Source: Cycas panzhihuaensis (taxonomy: Eukaryota > Plantae > Cycadophyta). From it: DNA of 64,000 nucleotides. Every line of letters starts with the position of its first letter. Position 1 is the stretch's first letter. The position numbers and the translations under genes are program-made. This document shows, one piece after another, positions 13,166 to 25,700 of the stretch. The notes below the pieces were generated by a model. The model was not told the origin of the DNA. It did not search any database and was given only the letters and a program-made list of their open reading frames with translations. Location: NCBI GenBank assembly GCA_023213395.1, contig CM041465.1:120287741-120351740 (forward strand), given 5' to 3'.

Positions 13166-13472
13166 TGAAGTGATTGGGAAGTAGAGTGGAACGAAACTTA
13201 ACCCATATTTATGAAATAATTTAATAAAATTCTATTGATTGAAGGTGGTGTTGAAAAACACTAGTGTATTAATCACCAAATAGTTATAGGTCAAAAGGTA
13301 AGTGGAAGTCTTCCTCAATCAACATTTTTTTAAAAATTGAATTAATAAAATATTAAATAGAATAATACTTACTTTTATGCAATGACAACTGTAGTTAGCT
13401 AGAAACGGCTTCACATGCTCCCAATGCATTTGTATAATATTTAAGATAGGATAATGAATATTATAGCTAACA
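13166..13472 (-). repeat. 5' LTR of mini-Copia A
   Basis: TGAAGTGATTGG...GCTAACA, followed by TSD AGTAT. Confidence 0.8.
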
Positions 13473-13815
13473 AGTATTAAATATATGAGGAATAAACTAG
13501 ATAGTAATTGAAGAGAACAAATACATCAACTATGAAGCCTGGTGATGAAGGAAAAGGAGGCATGAAGAATGTATCTAACATATCCCAATTAACTGGTACA
13601 CTATAATTTATGAGATAGAATAAATGGCAAGAGTGAGAAATATCAGATCATGCTCCTATAATAGTAGAATATTCAGTTTCATTATTAGTTACCCTAGGTA
13701 GAAAAAGACCAGTGGATGGGAGGGGATTTCCTTATTGGTCATGAATCACCCAAGAAGTAGTAGACATTCTTAGGTTACCTCTATTACCTCCATCAGTGAA
13801 AATGCTCAATGCCAT
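13473..13815 (-). pseudogene. Archaeal-type RNase H (aRH) of the Tat element, N-terminal part, a separate ORF downstream of integrase
   Basis: MALSIFTDGGNRGNLRMSTTSWVIHDQ*GNPLPSTGLFLPRVTNNETEYSTIIGA ... S*IIVYQLIG ... FIPHIFNT, containing the DG, TNNxxEY, (D)SxxxxxQ and IPxxxN motifs. Confidence 0.85.
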
Positions 13816-14878
13816 GGGAAAATAGGACCAATATTTAGAGATAATATGATCAATAAGGGAGAGTGTGGGAATCAATCAATAAGGAGATTGAGGTAAATGA
13901 AAATAGGTTAATCTTGACTATAAGGAGAAAAAAAAATCATAATTAGGATAGCAATAATCAACTATAACAAAAAGGTGTTAAATAAGGTTTGATCATAATT
14001 GAGACCACGATGGACCCAAGCAGATCGACTTGAACATATTGAATGACTCATCTAAATAAACCCAATTTATCACATGTATAGGTAGGGATGAAGTTGTCAT
14101 GCTACTTTCCATGGATTATAAGAGGATGATACCAATATATATGTATATTTTAAATCTCTTTTTTTAATCAATATTTTCTCTCTTTTTTTAACTTTGTTTT
14201 TTGCCTTTTCACTTTTTATTTTTTATTTTTTTTTGTATCTATAAGAAAGAGAATATTAATTGTCTAATTATAAAGTACCTTTCCTTAATGCAATAAGGAT
14301 TTCTCCTTTTCAATGAAACTATAGTGGAATAATAAAAACCAAACTCCTTAAAAATTGAACTATAGGAGAAAGAGGAGATCTAAATCATGGTGAGCCCAAA
14401 CATAAAGGGAAGGCAGCATAATGACTATTTGTCTCATAAGTATAAATAGAGCGAACTAAAGATAATAAAAAGAAATGAAAAATGGTAATGAATGACTAAG
14501 AAGGAATCCCTATAATGGAGGACTAGTATAAAAGCATATAACTTGAGCAACTAATAAAGTACCTAAAGCTAATAAATAAATCTCTTTTTGAGGATGAGGA
14601 TAAATGACAAAACTAAGGGCCTAAATTCTCTCTTGAGTACAGAGCTCAAAAGAGAAAAGATTGATAACCTAGAGGAAGAAGCACTCACAATCAATGTGTA
14701 TGCCAGAAGGAGTAATAGGCTGATATGATTATGAGGAGGATCACTTTATGAAAGCAAAGGTAATTTAAAAGAAAATAAAGAATGATTAAGAAAGAAGATT
14801 GCCCATATTTTTAGCTCATTAGACAATAGGAGAGTTTAGAGCCATAGTTTATCCTCATTATAGAGACTTGGAGCGTCA

Positions 14879-17800
14879 TTAAGAATAGAACTTCCTCAAG
14901 TATTGACAATTTACATGCTTCTTAAATTCTAAACCTTTCATTATAGAATTTTGATAAGCACCATTATTTAAATCTTTAATAACTAGATAGGGTCCATCCC
15001 ACTTGGGAGAAAACTTTCGTTGCTTAGCATGGAGATATTCTAATTTTAAAACTTTGTTTCTAACACAAAATTTCCTAGGCCTAAGCTATCTATTATGAGT
15101 AACTTGAACCTTAGCTTTAGAGGCTATGCTAGTTTATAATGCTTACAAATGGGTCTCATCTACTTTTTCAAATTCCAAGAGATGTGCTTCTCTTTGGAAA
15201 TCTTCATGAATGAATTCTTTTAATAAGATGTGTAAGGAAGGAATCTCAACTTCTAGTAGAAGGATAGCCTTGATATCATAAACCAGGGAGAATGGTATCA
15301 TGTCTATAGCATTTTAAACTAAAGTTCTATAAGCCTACAATGTCAAAAATAGTTGAGTATACCAATCCCTATAAGAAGTTACCATAGTTTTAGCTAAAAT
15401 CTTAGCTAAAGTCTTATTAAATGCTTTAACTTAATCATTTGTTTGAGCATGATAAGGGGCAGATAGTTTATAGGTAATGTGAAACTTATCACACAACTCA
15501 CTGACATGAGGAGTACAAAATGAAGACCCATTATCAGTAATAATAACATTAGGTACCCTAAATCTACAAATGATATATCGAAAAATGAATGTAGTAACAA
15601 CCTTTTCAGTGACAGAAACTAACAAAATAGATTCACTCTATTTAGTAAAATATTCAGTTGTAATAATAATAAATTCATGATTATTAGATGAAACTGGAAA
15701 GATTTAACTAATGAGATTGAAACCCCATTGGGAGAAGGGCCAAGGAGAGATAATCAACTTTAATTCTTAGGTAGGTTTATGAATTAAAGTTGTGTGAGAT
15801 TGGTATTTTTCATATTTTTGAATACATGCATGAGCATCTTTAAAGAAAGTAGGCTAATAATAACCCATATGGAGAATATGTTGGGCCATAGATTGGCCAC
15901 CAAAATGACCACCACCTGTTCCTTGGTGGCACTCTATTAAGGCTATAAGAGCTTCATCAGGAGAGAGGCACCTAAATAGAATCATTGAGTAAAAGGTATT
16001 GCTTAGTGGTAGCTCATATTCCCCTTCTCTTTTTTGATGTTAAAGAGGAAGGGGAAGATTGATCATGAAGGCAATATTTGATCTCTCCATAGTAGGGATC
16101 ACCAAAAGGAATGGTCTAAATATGAAGGATATGTTTATCTAGAAGAATATCGTCAATAGGTCGATTGGTAAGATTAAGAAGAGGAGTGTCAACCATGATC
16201 TCTACGATGACCATGCCCTTCTTAGATTTTTTGTTAACAATTTGAAAACCAAACTCTTATAATGATAATGACCATTTACCTAATTATCTAGTGAGATTGA
16301 TTTTAGTTAATAAATATCTAATGGGATCTAATTAGATAATAATAAGGACCTTATTTCCAAGAAGGTAATGACATAACTTCTTAGTGGCAAAAATTAAAGA
16401 AAGACACTCCTTTTTAAGAGGAGGATAATAAATCTCAACTGCCACTAAGGTTCTATTAATGAAATAGATTGCTCGTTTCTTATCAAGATCATCTTCTTGT
16501 ACCAAAATACCTACTAACAACTCTTCCATAGAAGTAATATATAGAATGAAAGGTTTATTAAACCTTAGTGGAGCAAGCACAAGTGTTATGATCGAAGGAC
16601 TCTTGAATTTGAGGAGTCCACCATAGTTTAACATATTTCTTTAAAAGATTTGTAAGAGGATTAGCATCTAAGGCGAAATTAGTAATAAAGCATTTCAAAA
16701 ATCCAAACTTACTAAAAAATGATTCAATCTCTTTTTTGGTTTTCAAAGGGGGCATATCAACAACTACCCTTACTTTATCGAGGTCTATTATTATTCCATC
16801 ATGAGAGACTATATTACCCAACATCCTTCCTGAACTTACAACCAAAATATATTTAGATGGATTCAACATAGACGATACTTTCTACATCTTTAGAAAATTA
16901 TTCTCAAATCACGAACATAGTTTTGTCATTTTTAAGAAAGAGCAAACGTGTCATCTGAATATACAACAATAATATTACCAATTAGATCATAGAAAATATA
17001 GACCATTGCTCTTTAATAAGTTGCCCTAGTATTCTTTAATTCAAAAGGTATAACCTTATAAACAAAAGTACCCCAAGGAGTAGTAAAAGTTGTCTTATGA
17101 TGATCTAGTGGTATGATAAAAATTTGATTATATTAAAAAAAAACCATCCATAAGAGACATAGCCTCAAAACTAGCTGTTTTATCCCAAATTTGATCAAGA
17201 AAAGGATGATAAAAATTATCTTAGGATAGACATCATTAATATCATGAAAGTCAATGTAGATTCGAATTGAGTTATTTTTCTTAGCAATTAGAACGATATT
17301 AGAAATCCATTAAGAGTAATAAATGCTCTCAATGAATCTAGCTCTTAATAAATTTTCAACTTCCTATTTGATAACAGTGGAAAGATGTGGGTGAATAGGT
17401 CTTTGTCTTTAGTATTTAGGTTTAACACTAGGAATAACCATAATATTATATTCAATGATGTAGGAATTAAGACCCTACATATCATTGTAGTCCCAAGCAA
17501 ACACTAAATGAAACTCATAAAAATACCTTTAAACTGAGAGATCTATTAAGGAGTATAATTAGCTCTAAGCTTAATAATTTTAGGATTATCCTCCAATTCT
17601 AAGTCGACATCTATAGTTTCTTCCATGAGCATAACACTTCCCTCTTCAAAATAAGGAGGAAAAAACTCTATAAGAGAAACTATCTCTTGGAGTTTGGAAC
17701 AATTAATTAATGATGAATGAGGTAGTATCGTCTTCAAAAAACCCAACTTATGATGACAAGAGGGAAGATTAGGGGATGATCTCACTAGGTGCTCAAGGAT

Positions 17801-20800
17801 TGCCTCGTCATTTTTAAAATGATCTAAATGAAAGAGGTTAATGAGGAGAAGATTTTTAAGTAGATTGGTAGATAATGTAAATAACTTAAAAGGTGGGGAA
17901 TCATCAAATAAGGAGTTTGGACAAGTAGGTACAAACTTAATGATTGAAGAGGCTTAAGAAAAAGGAATAGGTCTATCAATAAATTCCCAACTTGAAGTGA
18001 AAGTCTATTCAAATTTATGATGGCAAGAATGATGGTTTTGATTATATTAAAACATCAAGATGAGGGATGATGGAGAGTCATCAATAAGAGAATCAGAAGG
18101 AAAGGAATGATATAGATAAAATTTACTTCTCATACTCGATTGGATATACTTTGGTTCCTTTGACTCATAAGTTGTGAAGGAATGATCTCATCATTTGATT
18201 CTAAATTTGGGTGCCTATACAATAACATCTTCTTCTTATGTCTATTTAACCATGTAACAAAAGGAGGAGACCGAGAGAAAAGATATGCAATATGAGTAGG
18301 CACATCATGTGAAGAGGAAACCACATAATTCATCAAAGAAGTAGATGTTTTAGATGGAACTAAAGTATTTATCATTGAAGGTAAACATGAAACCTATGAG
18401 AAATGATTCTAAGTAGATAGCATGATATTTGAATTAGTAATCTCATTCACAGTTGTTTCCTCATAAGATGTACTAGAGTATGACGTTGTTTCTTCATAAG
18501 AAGAAGTAGGGGAAACTAAAGATTGATAAGGAGAACCTAAAGAATGAGGAGTAGAAGAGGAACCTAATTTTATAGGAATAATTTCAACCAAATAAACACC
18601 TTTTACTTCTCCTTGAGGAGGAGGAGTTTTATACTACCCTAAATTGAGAGATTGAAAGAAATATTCTGAAGAGTTAGATGACTTGCTAAGTTTAGAGAAA
18701 GCCTCAATGAGTGGGATTGATTATTTAATAGGTTTCAGTCTATGTTTAACAATCTTTAATTCTTTCTCATGAATGAATTAAAGTTCACCAAAAAGGGAAG
18801 AAAAAACAACAACCATTTGGGTAATCCAAGGTCTACCTAAAAGGATATTGTATTCTAAATCGAGATTGATAATGGTTAGTTTAATATAAATTATCTTTTC
18901 TTCCAAGGTCAGGGCAAGAGTGACTTGACCAAGGGGAACTTTTTTATTCTTATTGTATCCTTAGCAAATCCACTCATAAGGGTCTAAGACTGAAATCTCC
19001 AGATCCTTAGTAAGATGGAAAGGTATTATATTAACAGACAATCCCTCATTGATGATGACATGTTTAATGCTCATATCATTCTTAATAATTTTAATATAGA
19101 ATGGGGGTATATCATTTAGAGCATGAGTGATGTGAGTAGGCAATGTGGCTAAATTAAAAGAAATCATGGAAATAGATGAATCAACTACAATAGGAACTCC
19201 CAATGCATCAAATAGGAGCTGACATTACTTATGGAAACACTTTAGCAAGTCTATAATTAAGATACCAGTGGGAATAGTCTTCAACTCTTTGACTAAGAAG
19301 AATGATCCATCCTTTAAATTAAAATGAATGGATCTAAACCTGATGGGTCAAGGGGGTATAATAGGTAAAGAGTTAGGGGTTTTAGACATCAAATCATCTA
19401 ATGATTTGGATGGACCTGCACTCATTGTAATCTCAACCATGTTGATAGTTCTCTGAGTCTCACCACCTTTAAGGGGTGGGCAAGATTGACTATTAGTACA
19501 CTTTGCCAATGAATTAGGAGTAGTAATCTTCTTAGATAAGTCAAAACTAGAGGGTTCATCTTCATTATCTTGCACCTATTTTACCTTGCTTTTATCATCT
19601 TTATTTACCTTATCATTATATTGGGGTAAAGGATCTTCATAAATCATTTGGTCTTAAGAAGTTTTAAAAGGATGATTTATTTAAACATTTATGTTTTAGG
19701 TTATGGACTAGATTGTATGACATTCACTTCTATCATGGTTGTTTGTTTGATGGCAAGGACACCACTTCATCTTTCTGAAAGGAGGAGAGGACATAGGTGG
19801 AACTTGTTTCTTCCACCCTTTAGTAAGATGGATAAACTTTATTTCTTATGAAGACTAACTTTCTATAGGACTATCAATAAATAACTTAGTATTGATCACA
19901 TGGTCCAATGACCTAATAGAAGAAGTTAGATGATCATAGGTTGGTTTGGAATAGGAAGTCTTAGTCATTTGAATGGTCTCTTTAGAGGGAAGAGGTTTCC
20001 CAACCCTTTTAATACCTGCTTGAATTTTGAAAGTTTCTAAGGCTAAACACTAATTAATAACTTCTTCAAAGGTTTGAGGACTAAGCTTGAGTACTTCAAG
20101 ATAAACATGTGGCCTCAAAGCATTGGTAAATAGGTAAAAAATGAGACTAGGATCAAGTTAAGAATGAGATGCATGTACTTGATCTTGGAATCTCCTCATA
20201 AAGTCCCTAGAAGTTTCATCATGATTTTGTTTAATGGCCAAAAGTGACTTAATGCTAGATTCAAAAGGTCTCACTACATCAAAATAATTGATGAAGGAAT
20301 CAACCAACTATTAGAATGAAAGAATAGATGCAGAAGGAAGGTGATAAAACCACTTCAATGTATTGCCTTGAAGTGATTTAAGAAATAAGTGCATCATGAC
20401 ATAGTCATAGGGCACAAAATCAACACAAGCAAGGATGAATACTTGTATATGGATATCTAGGTCTTGGGAGGAGTTACTTGAGAATTTGGGTAACTTAGGT
20501 AAGAATAAAGGCATTGAAGATAATAGGACCTCATGCAGAAAGGGAGAATTTATATAATCTAAGAAAGGCTTCCTTGGCCTCAACATAATAGGGCATTGAG
20601 GTAAGGATGATAGGTGTGGGGTGGTAGAAGGAATAGGTTATTATTATTGAGGAAAAGAATAAGTTGGAAGAGATGATGAAGGGTTAGACCAAGCTACATG
20701 ATTCACAATAAAATTGGTTTAAGGCATAGGGTATTAGGAAGAAGGAACTGTATTAAATGCCTTAAGGGAAGAGACATGAGGTTTGACACCTTGGGATATA

Positions 20801-21600
20801 ACTCTATGGGAAACCTAGGATGGTAGTTGAGTTGAGGATGCAACAAGGTAGGAAGAGGCTACTCTGTTGGGATAAGAACAGATATATTATAGGGTTAAAG
20901 AAGGTAGACCCATTTGTTGAGAGGTAGGGGCTTGAGAAGGACTATGATTACCTTGAATAAGTGTGGCAGTAGTTTCCTCATATATAGAAGGTACCATACA
21001 AGAAGAATGGATTTAGACTTGTAACATGGAAGGTGAGGGGAGGAGTTGAGAATAAATTGATTTATAATCATCAACCTCTCTTGAAGGAGGAGAGTGTAGC
21101 CTCAGTAAAGGAGAATAAGAAGGCAAGGGTGATCAGATAACATTATGAGCAACAAAAGGCTTGACCTATATGGATTCATACTTCTCATATAATGGATCAA
21201 ATTGATAATGTTAAGGAGAGGATGTCATAGTATGAGTCTCTAGATAAAAGAGATCCTGATATCCAGGCATATGAAGAGGAGTAAGGACCCTAGTAAGAAT
21301 TGGCTCATAATAAGATGGGTGTGCTTGAGTGGGAACCACTTCTTCTTATATAAAAAAAGGATTTATAAAAGAAGCAACACAATGAAATTGAGAGGGCTCA
21401 GGATACCCTTGCTCCACAGGTATTTCATATAATTGGGTTGAATCTTTGGAAGGATATATATTGGTATCTTATATGTGATGTTCCAAAGGGTTAATAAAAG
21501 AGGATGAAACTTCATGAGTGGAATGTAAGGGTCGAATTTAAAAAATCAAGCGGGAGACCTTGAAGTCTCAATGACTATCTTTGAGTGGGAGGTGTGGTTT
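14879..21600 (-). pseudogene. Tat gag-pol (Gag, protease, RT, RNase H, integrase), heavily decayed
   Basis: Gag LPKF...HLFLKSLQGNTLKWFYHLP; PR HVIINEGLSVNII; RT LNPSK...MLGNIVSHDGI; RH AIYFINRTL...KECLSLIFATKKLCHYLLG; INT HQGTGGGHFGG, PWPFSQWG, IITDNGSSF, ending YLRKFYS*. The N-terminal boundary is approximate. Confidence 0.92.
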
Positions 21601-22538
21601 TTATTACTTTAAATAAGAAAATAAATGATAGCTCTCCAGTATGGTCACAAAAAAGATGGCATGTTTCAGTTGGGCCTAGGCTAAGTATCCTTTACTAGTG
21701 TTATGTTTCCTTTATTTTAAGTCTATATCAAGAGATAAAAAACATATAAAAACCTAAGGACCACCTTTGCCAACTCTTAATAAGGAGTCTCTACTTGTTT
21801 ATGATTTTTAATTTATATGTGCATGTATAACAAAAGGCTAGGATGAAAGGAGCGTACTAGGATCTACTAGCCTACATAATTAAGTAGAGGAGTTATAAGT
21901 TTGAAATTACAATGATAATGATTTCTTGTATCCTTCCCAAGGACTCTTTTATTTATATTGTTTTAACCTTTTGAATTTATCATGATAAAGAAAAGGGTTA
22001 AGTAATGGAGGATTTTATAAGTTTTATTTTTTATTTTTTTAATGAAAGAACAATGAAATAATAAGATCTGGCTACCTTTTTTCCAAATCAATTAAGAAAG
22101 TAAATCATGCATGTTTTTTTCTTTTTCTTCTCTTTGAAAACAAGGCATACCAAAATGAAAGGGATACTATCTCCTAAAGATGCAAAGCAAACATCTTTTC
22201 AAATACTAAAGCAACTAGCATGAGATGTAAATAGAATGATATATAATTCTATATACAACTTGATATAAGCCAAAATAACATGCTATGTTTATACAAGACT
22301 TTTTGTTTCATGCACATGTTATTTCAATGTTTTAAGAATGATTTTAATAGAAATAAGAGATTTCATATATGATTTTAGCAACTAAAAATGATATACAACT
22401 TGTAAATTTCATATGCAATCAACCATAGTTGATCTTCTCACAAGCAAATGATAGACTAGAATCATAAAGAGATTTTATCACTCATGGAGTTTTTAGACAC
22501 TATGAGATCCTTGAACCTCATGTAAACTAATGGTTGCA

Positions 22539-22790
22539 AAAATATATAATTCATGTACACAAGTCCCTTTTCTAAAAAGAAACAAAATGAAGAAGTAAAG
22601 TAAAAAAATACAACACCAACAATTTTTAGAAAATCTTAATTCCAACAATGAATTCTTGCCTTAGAAAATATATAATTCATGTACACAAGTCCCTTTTCTA
22701 AAAAGAAACAAAATGAAGAAGTAAAGTAAAAAAATACAACACCAACAATTTTTAGAAAATCTTAATTCCAACAATGAATTCTTGCCTTAG
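22539..22790. repeat. Perfect 126-bp tandem duplication
   Basis: 22539-22664 equals 22665-22790. Confidence 0.95.
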
Positions 22791-25700
22791 AATAACTATC
22801 TCCCTTTAGTGTAATCATTCTTTCTCAATCTTTTCCTTGAAATAGGCATGAAAGAAGAAAAAAACTAAGAAAAACAAGTTCAACAATAGCTTAAAAAGTA
22901 AAGGTGAGATTAGATCTCTTGGGAAGCTTGGATAACTGAGGAGAATGGGAGAGAGTAGCTATCTTTTGGGGTGAAGAGATAGATCATTCTTCACAATAGA
23001 CTACTCCTTTTCTATCCCACAAAGGGATGACTTTTCAACCAACAGTTTTTAAGGAAAAAATAAAGATAAAGGAGTTTTAGAAATCAAATAATAGAGAGAG
23101 GCATATCTAGTCACAAAAATTATCAAAAGAACACCAAATCGAAAGGAAACAATGGTAGAAAAGACCTTACTAAAGATATGAAGCCTAAAAGAAAGAGTTG
23201 CAACAAATCAAGTACCTCAAAAAGTATTAACAAATTGGATTTATATAGCCATAAAGTAACAATCAGAGCTCTAGATCACTTCTCTTGACTTTACTTTTAT
23301 TTTCTCAAAGATAAAGGTCAAATCCACAAAGAAAATCTCTCATTTTCTTAAGAATTCACTCTCAAAACCTAGTATCAAGCTCATAACATTCAAATAAAAG
23401 TCCTCTCTAGGGTTTTAGAGGGTTATGGGAACGAATGGAGTTAGTTTCCACTAAATCTGGGTGGTGGCATGTAAAATTGATGTATTAATAAAAAAATTTA
23501 CATGCATGATAGTTAAAAATATGACTAGTCACATTTTATTAAGAATGAAAAATAAAACTTTCCTAATAAAATTCGATTGATCATGTTTTTTGCAAAACCA
23601 AAGATACGATAAATTAGGAGATGAAAATTACTCATTGAAAAGTTAGAAATTAAATTTTTATTAAAAATTTTAAATAAAAATGACTTAATCAATGATAAAA
23701 GCAGCCCAAAAAGGATGAAAATATAAGCATGAGCCCAAAAATCATAAGACAATGATGATTTAAAGATAAAATTAGGAGAAAAGAACAAAATAAGCAAGAG
23801 TTCGAAGAAAAAAAAGTGAGCTAGAATAATCATAAATGTGAGATATTGTTGTTATGGTTCTCATTCATCGACAAGTGAAAAATTATAATAGTACAATCAT
23901 AATCATTCAACATAGATCATCCATAAAATTAATAACACATTTCATTAAAATATGGCTTAATACAACATGAAACAAGCCTCAATTAATCATATCAAATGTA
24001 AATGAAACAGGAAACCTGTTATGATAATGAAGATTAATTGGGGTGTAAGTTTTATTGAAATAGTCAAGCCTAGAGTAATATAGGATTTTCTATTATAGCT
24101 GCTTCATACTATGTTCTAAGGTTGGTTACGATATTGAATGGAGTGATTTGGGCCTAATTTAGGTCATGGATTTAGTCACCCTCTTGTGTTTAATTAAAAT
24201 AAAAAACTCGAGTTGTTAACTTGGGGGTTTAAGAAATGTGATGGAGCTAGGTGGTTCTAATGATATGAGTAGGAGACTCTACAAGGTCTTAATTCACTTC
24301 ATATAGCTAGTGCATAGGTTCCTTCCTATAAGGCATCTATGATCCATAAGGATCATCTTCTTAAGACCAATCCTCTATGTAGGCTTAGTATACATCTTAG
24401 GTTTGGTATATATCTTGGATCTAGTAGGGCTCTTATAGTTGGTATACGAGTTGAGTCTAAAAGGGGTCCATAGACCACTCTTGCAATATTTGTTCTACCA
24501 TCAAGGACTGCTTAATAGATGAACAACTGGTTAAAAAAGAAAGGTCAAAATCATATGGAGGGAGGCCTTTAAGATGATGAGAGAATCATCATATATAAGA
24601 GGCAAATGCAAAAAAGAAAGAAGGTCTAATGTTGTGGTATGGAAGATAAGCATGAGGGATCCTTACAAAGATGAGTTGTTAATTAAACAAAGTCTTGCCC
24701 TATGACAAAGGGCTTAGATAAGAAAGAAAGATGGAATCAACAACTAGATACTTACTAAAACCCTATTAGCTAGTCCCCAATATGGTCGCTAATAAACATG
24801 GACATATAGGAGGAGAGGTCATATAAACACAATCATAGAATAAGCCTGAAGGGAAAATAGGGATCTAAGTAAGGAGGGGTGTGAGCATATGCCCCCTATA
24901 GGGTGCTTGTACATCTCATATATGCAAATGTAGAGATGATCTTCGATGTGTTTACTAAACTAATCTAAGGAGAATATGTAAGTGTGTGTTATATGCTAGA
25001 AAAAGAAGAAAATCAAGATAGATTAAAAGGATAAGCAAAACTAATTAACAATTAAAATGCACTATGAAAGTAGGTAGATGGGGTAACTATGAATTAGAGA
25101 AGAAAGTGAACCAAACCTAATAAAAAAAGTTTAAGATAATATAAATCAAATAAGATAGTTAACATCCTTAGAAGGGTAAAATAACACACCAATGACCCTC
25201 ATGTTGTGAGTAGGATTAATGGAGTACGAGTGCTTAAATTGCTACATGATTACATGCCTATCTTAATCAACTACCCCACCCAAGCTAACTAACCTAATCC
25301 TAACCCTAACTCTAAAATAAATCTAACTCGATTTACTCAATTTAAAAGAATTAAGGAAAGGATTGCAAGAGGTTTGAAGGAAACATAACCATAGGATAAA
25401 TCCACTTCTGGGTAAGTCAATATACATTCTTATACTATTGATGGTACTCACATAAGTATGAGGTAGCCTAATAGTACCCACATCTAATTCTACTGAACCT
25501 CAAGCTTAAAGAGAGTGAAATAGAAAGAGGCCATTGCTTTTAATAGAATAAATGAAGCTCATTTGGCTATTAACATCCTATGTATGAGCATGTGGTGGAG
25601 ATAGGTGCCTTTTAATGGCCTTTTCAAAATATGGATCACAGAGTCACCACTTCAAGGTACAAGATAATCCCTCTCATCTAATAAAGAAACCTAAGTAGAA

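Larger units (their letters stand above)
3303..13472 (-). mobile_element. Non-autonomous Ty1/Copia derivative, copy A (~4.0 kb after removing the nested LINE)
   Basis: TG...CA termini; 5-bp TSD AGTAT (3298-3302, 13473-13477); diverged LTR pair; PBS 13152-13163; PPT 3585-3594; collapsed gag/RNase H ORF. Confidence 0.9.
3250..23470 (-). mobile_element. Ty3/Gypsy Tat-lineage LTR retrotransposon, old and interrupted by the 3303-13472 insertion; outer boundaries uncertain
   Basis: Colinear gag-PR-RT-RH-INT on the minus strand, with a downstream aRH ORF that continues across the nested insertion. LTR ends were not resolved. Confidence 0.8.

Noticed and set aside
25288-25316. Telomere-like CCTAA/CCCTAA run
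   Set aside because: Only 3-4 degenerate units; such motifs are common in LTR/UTR sequence.
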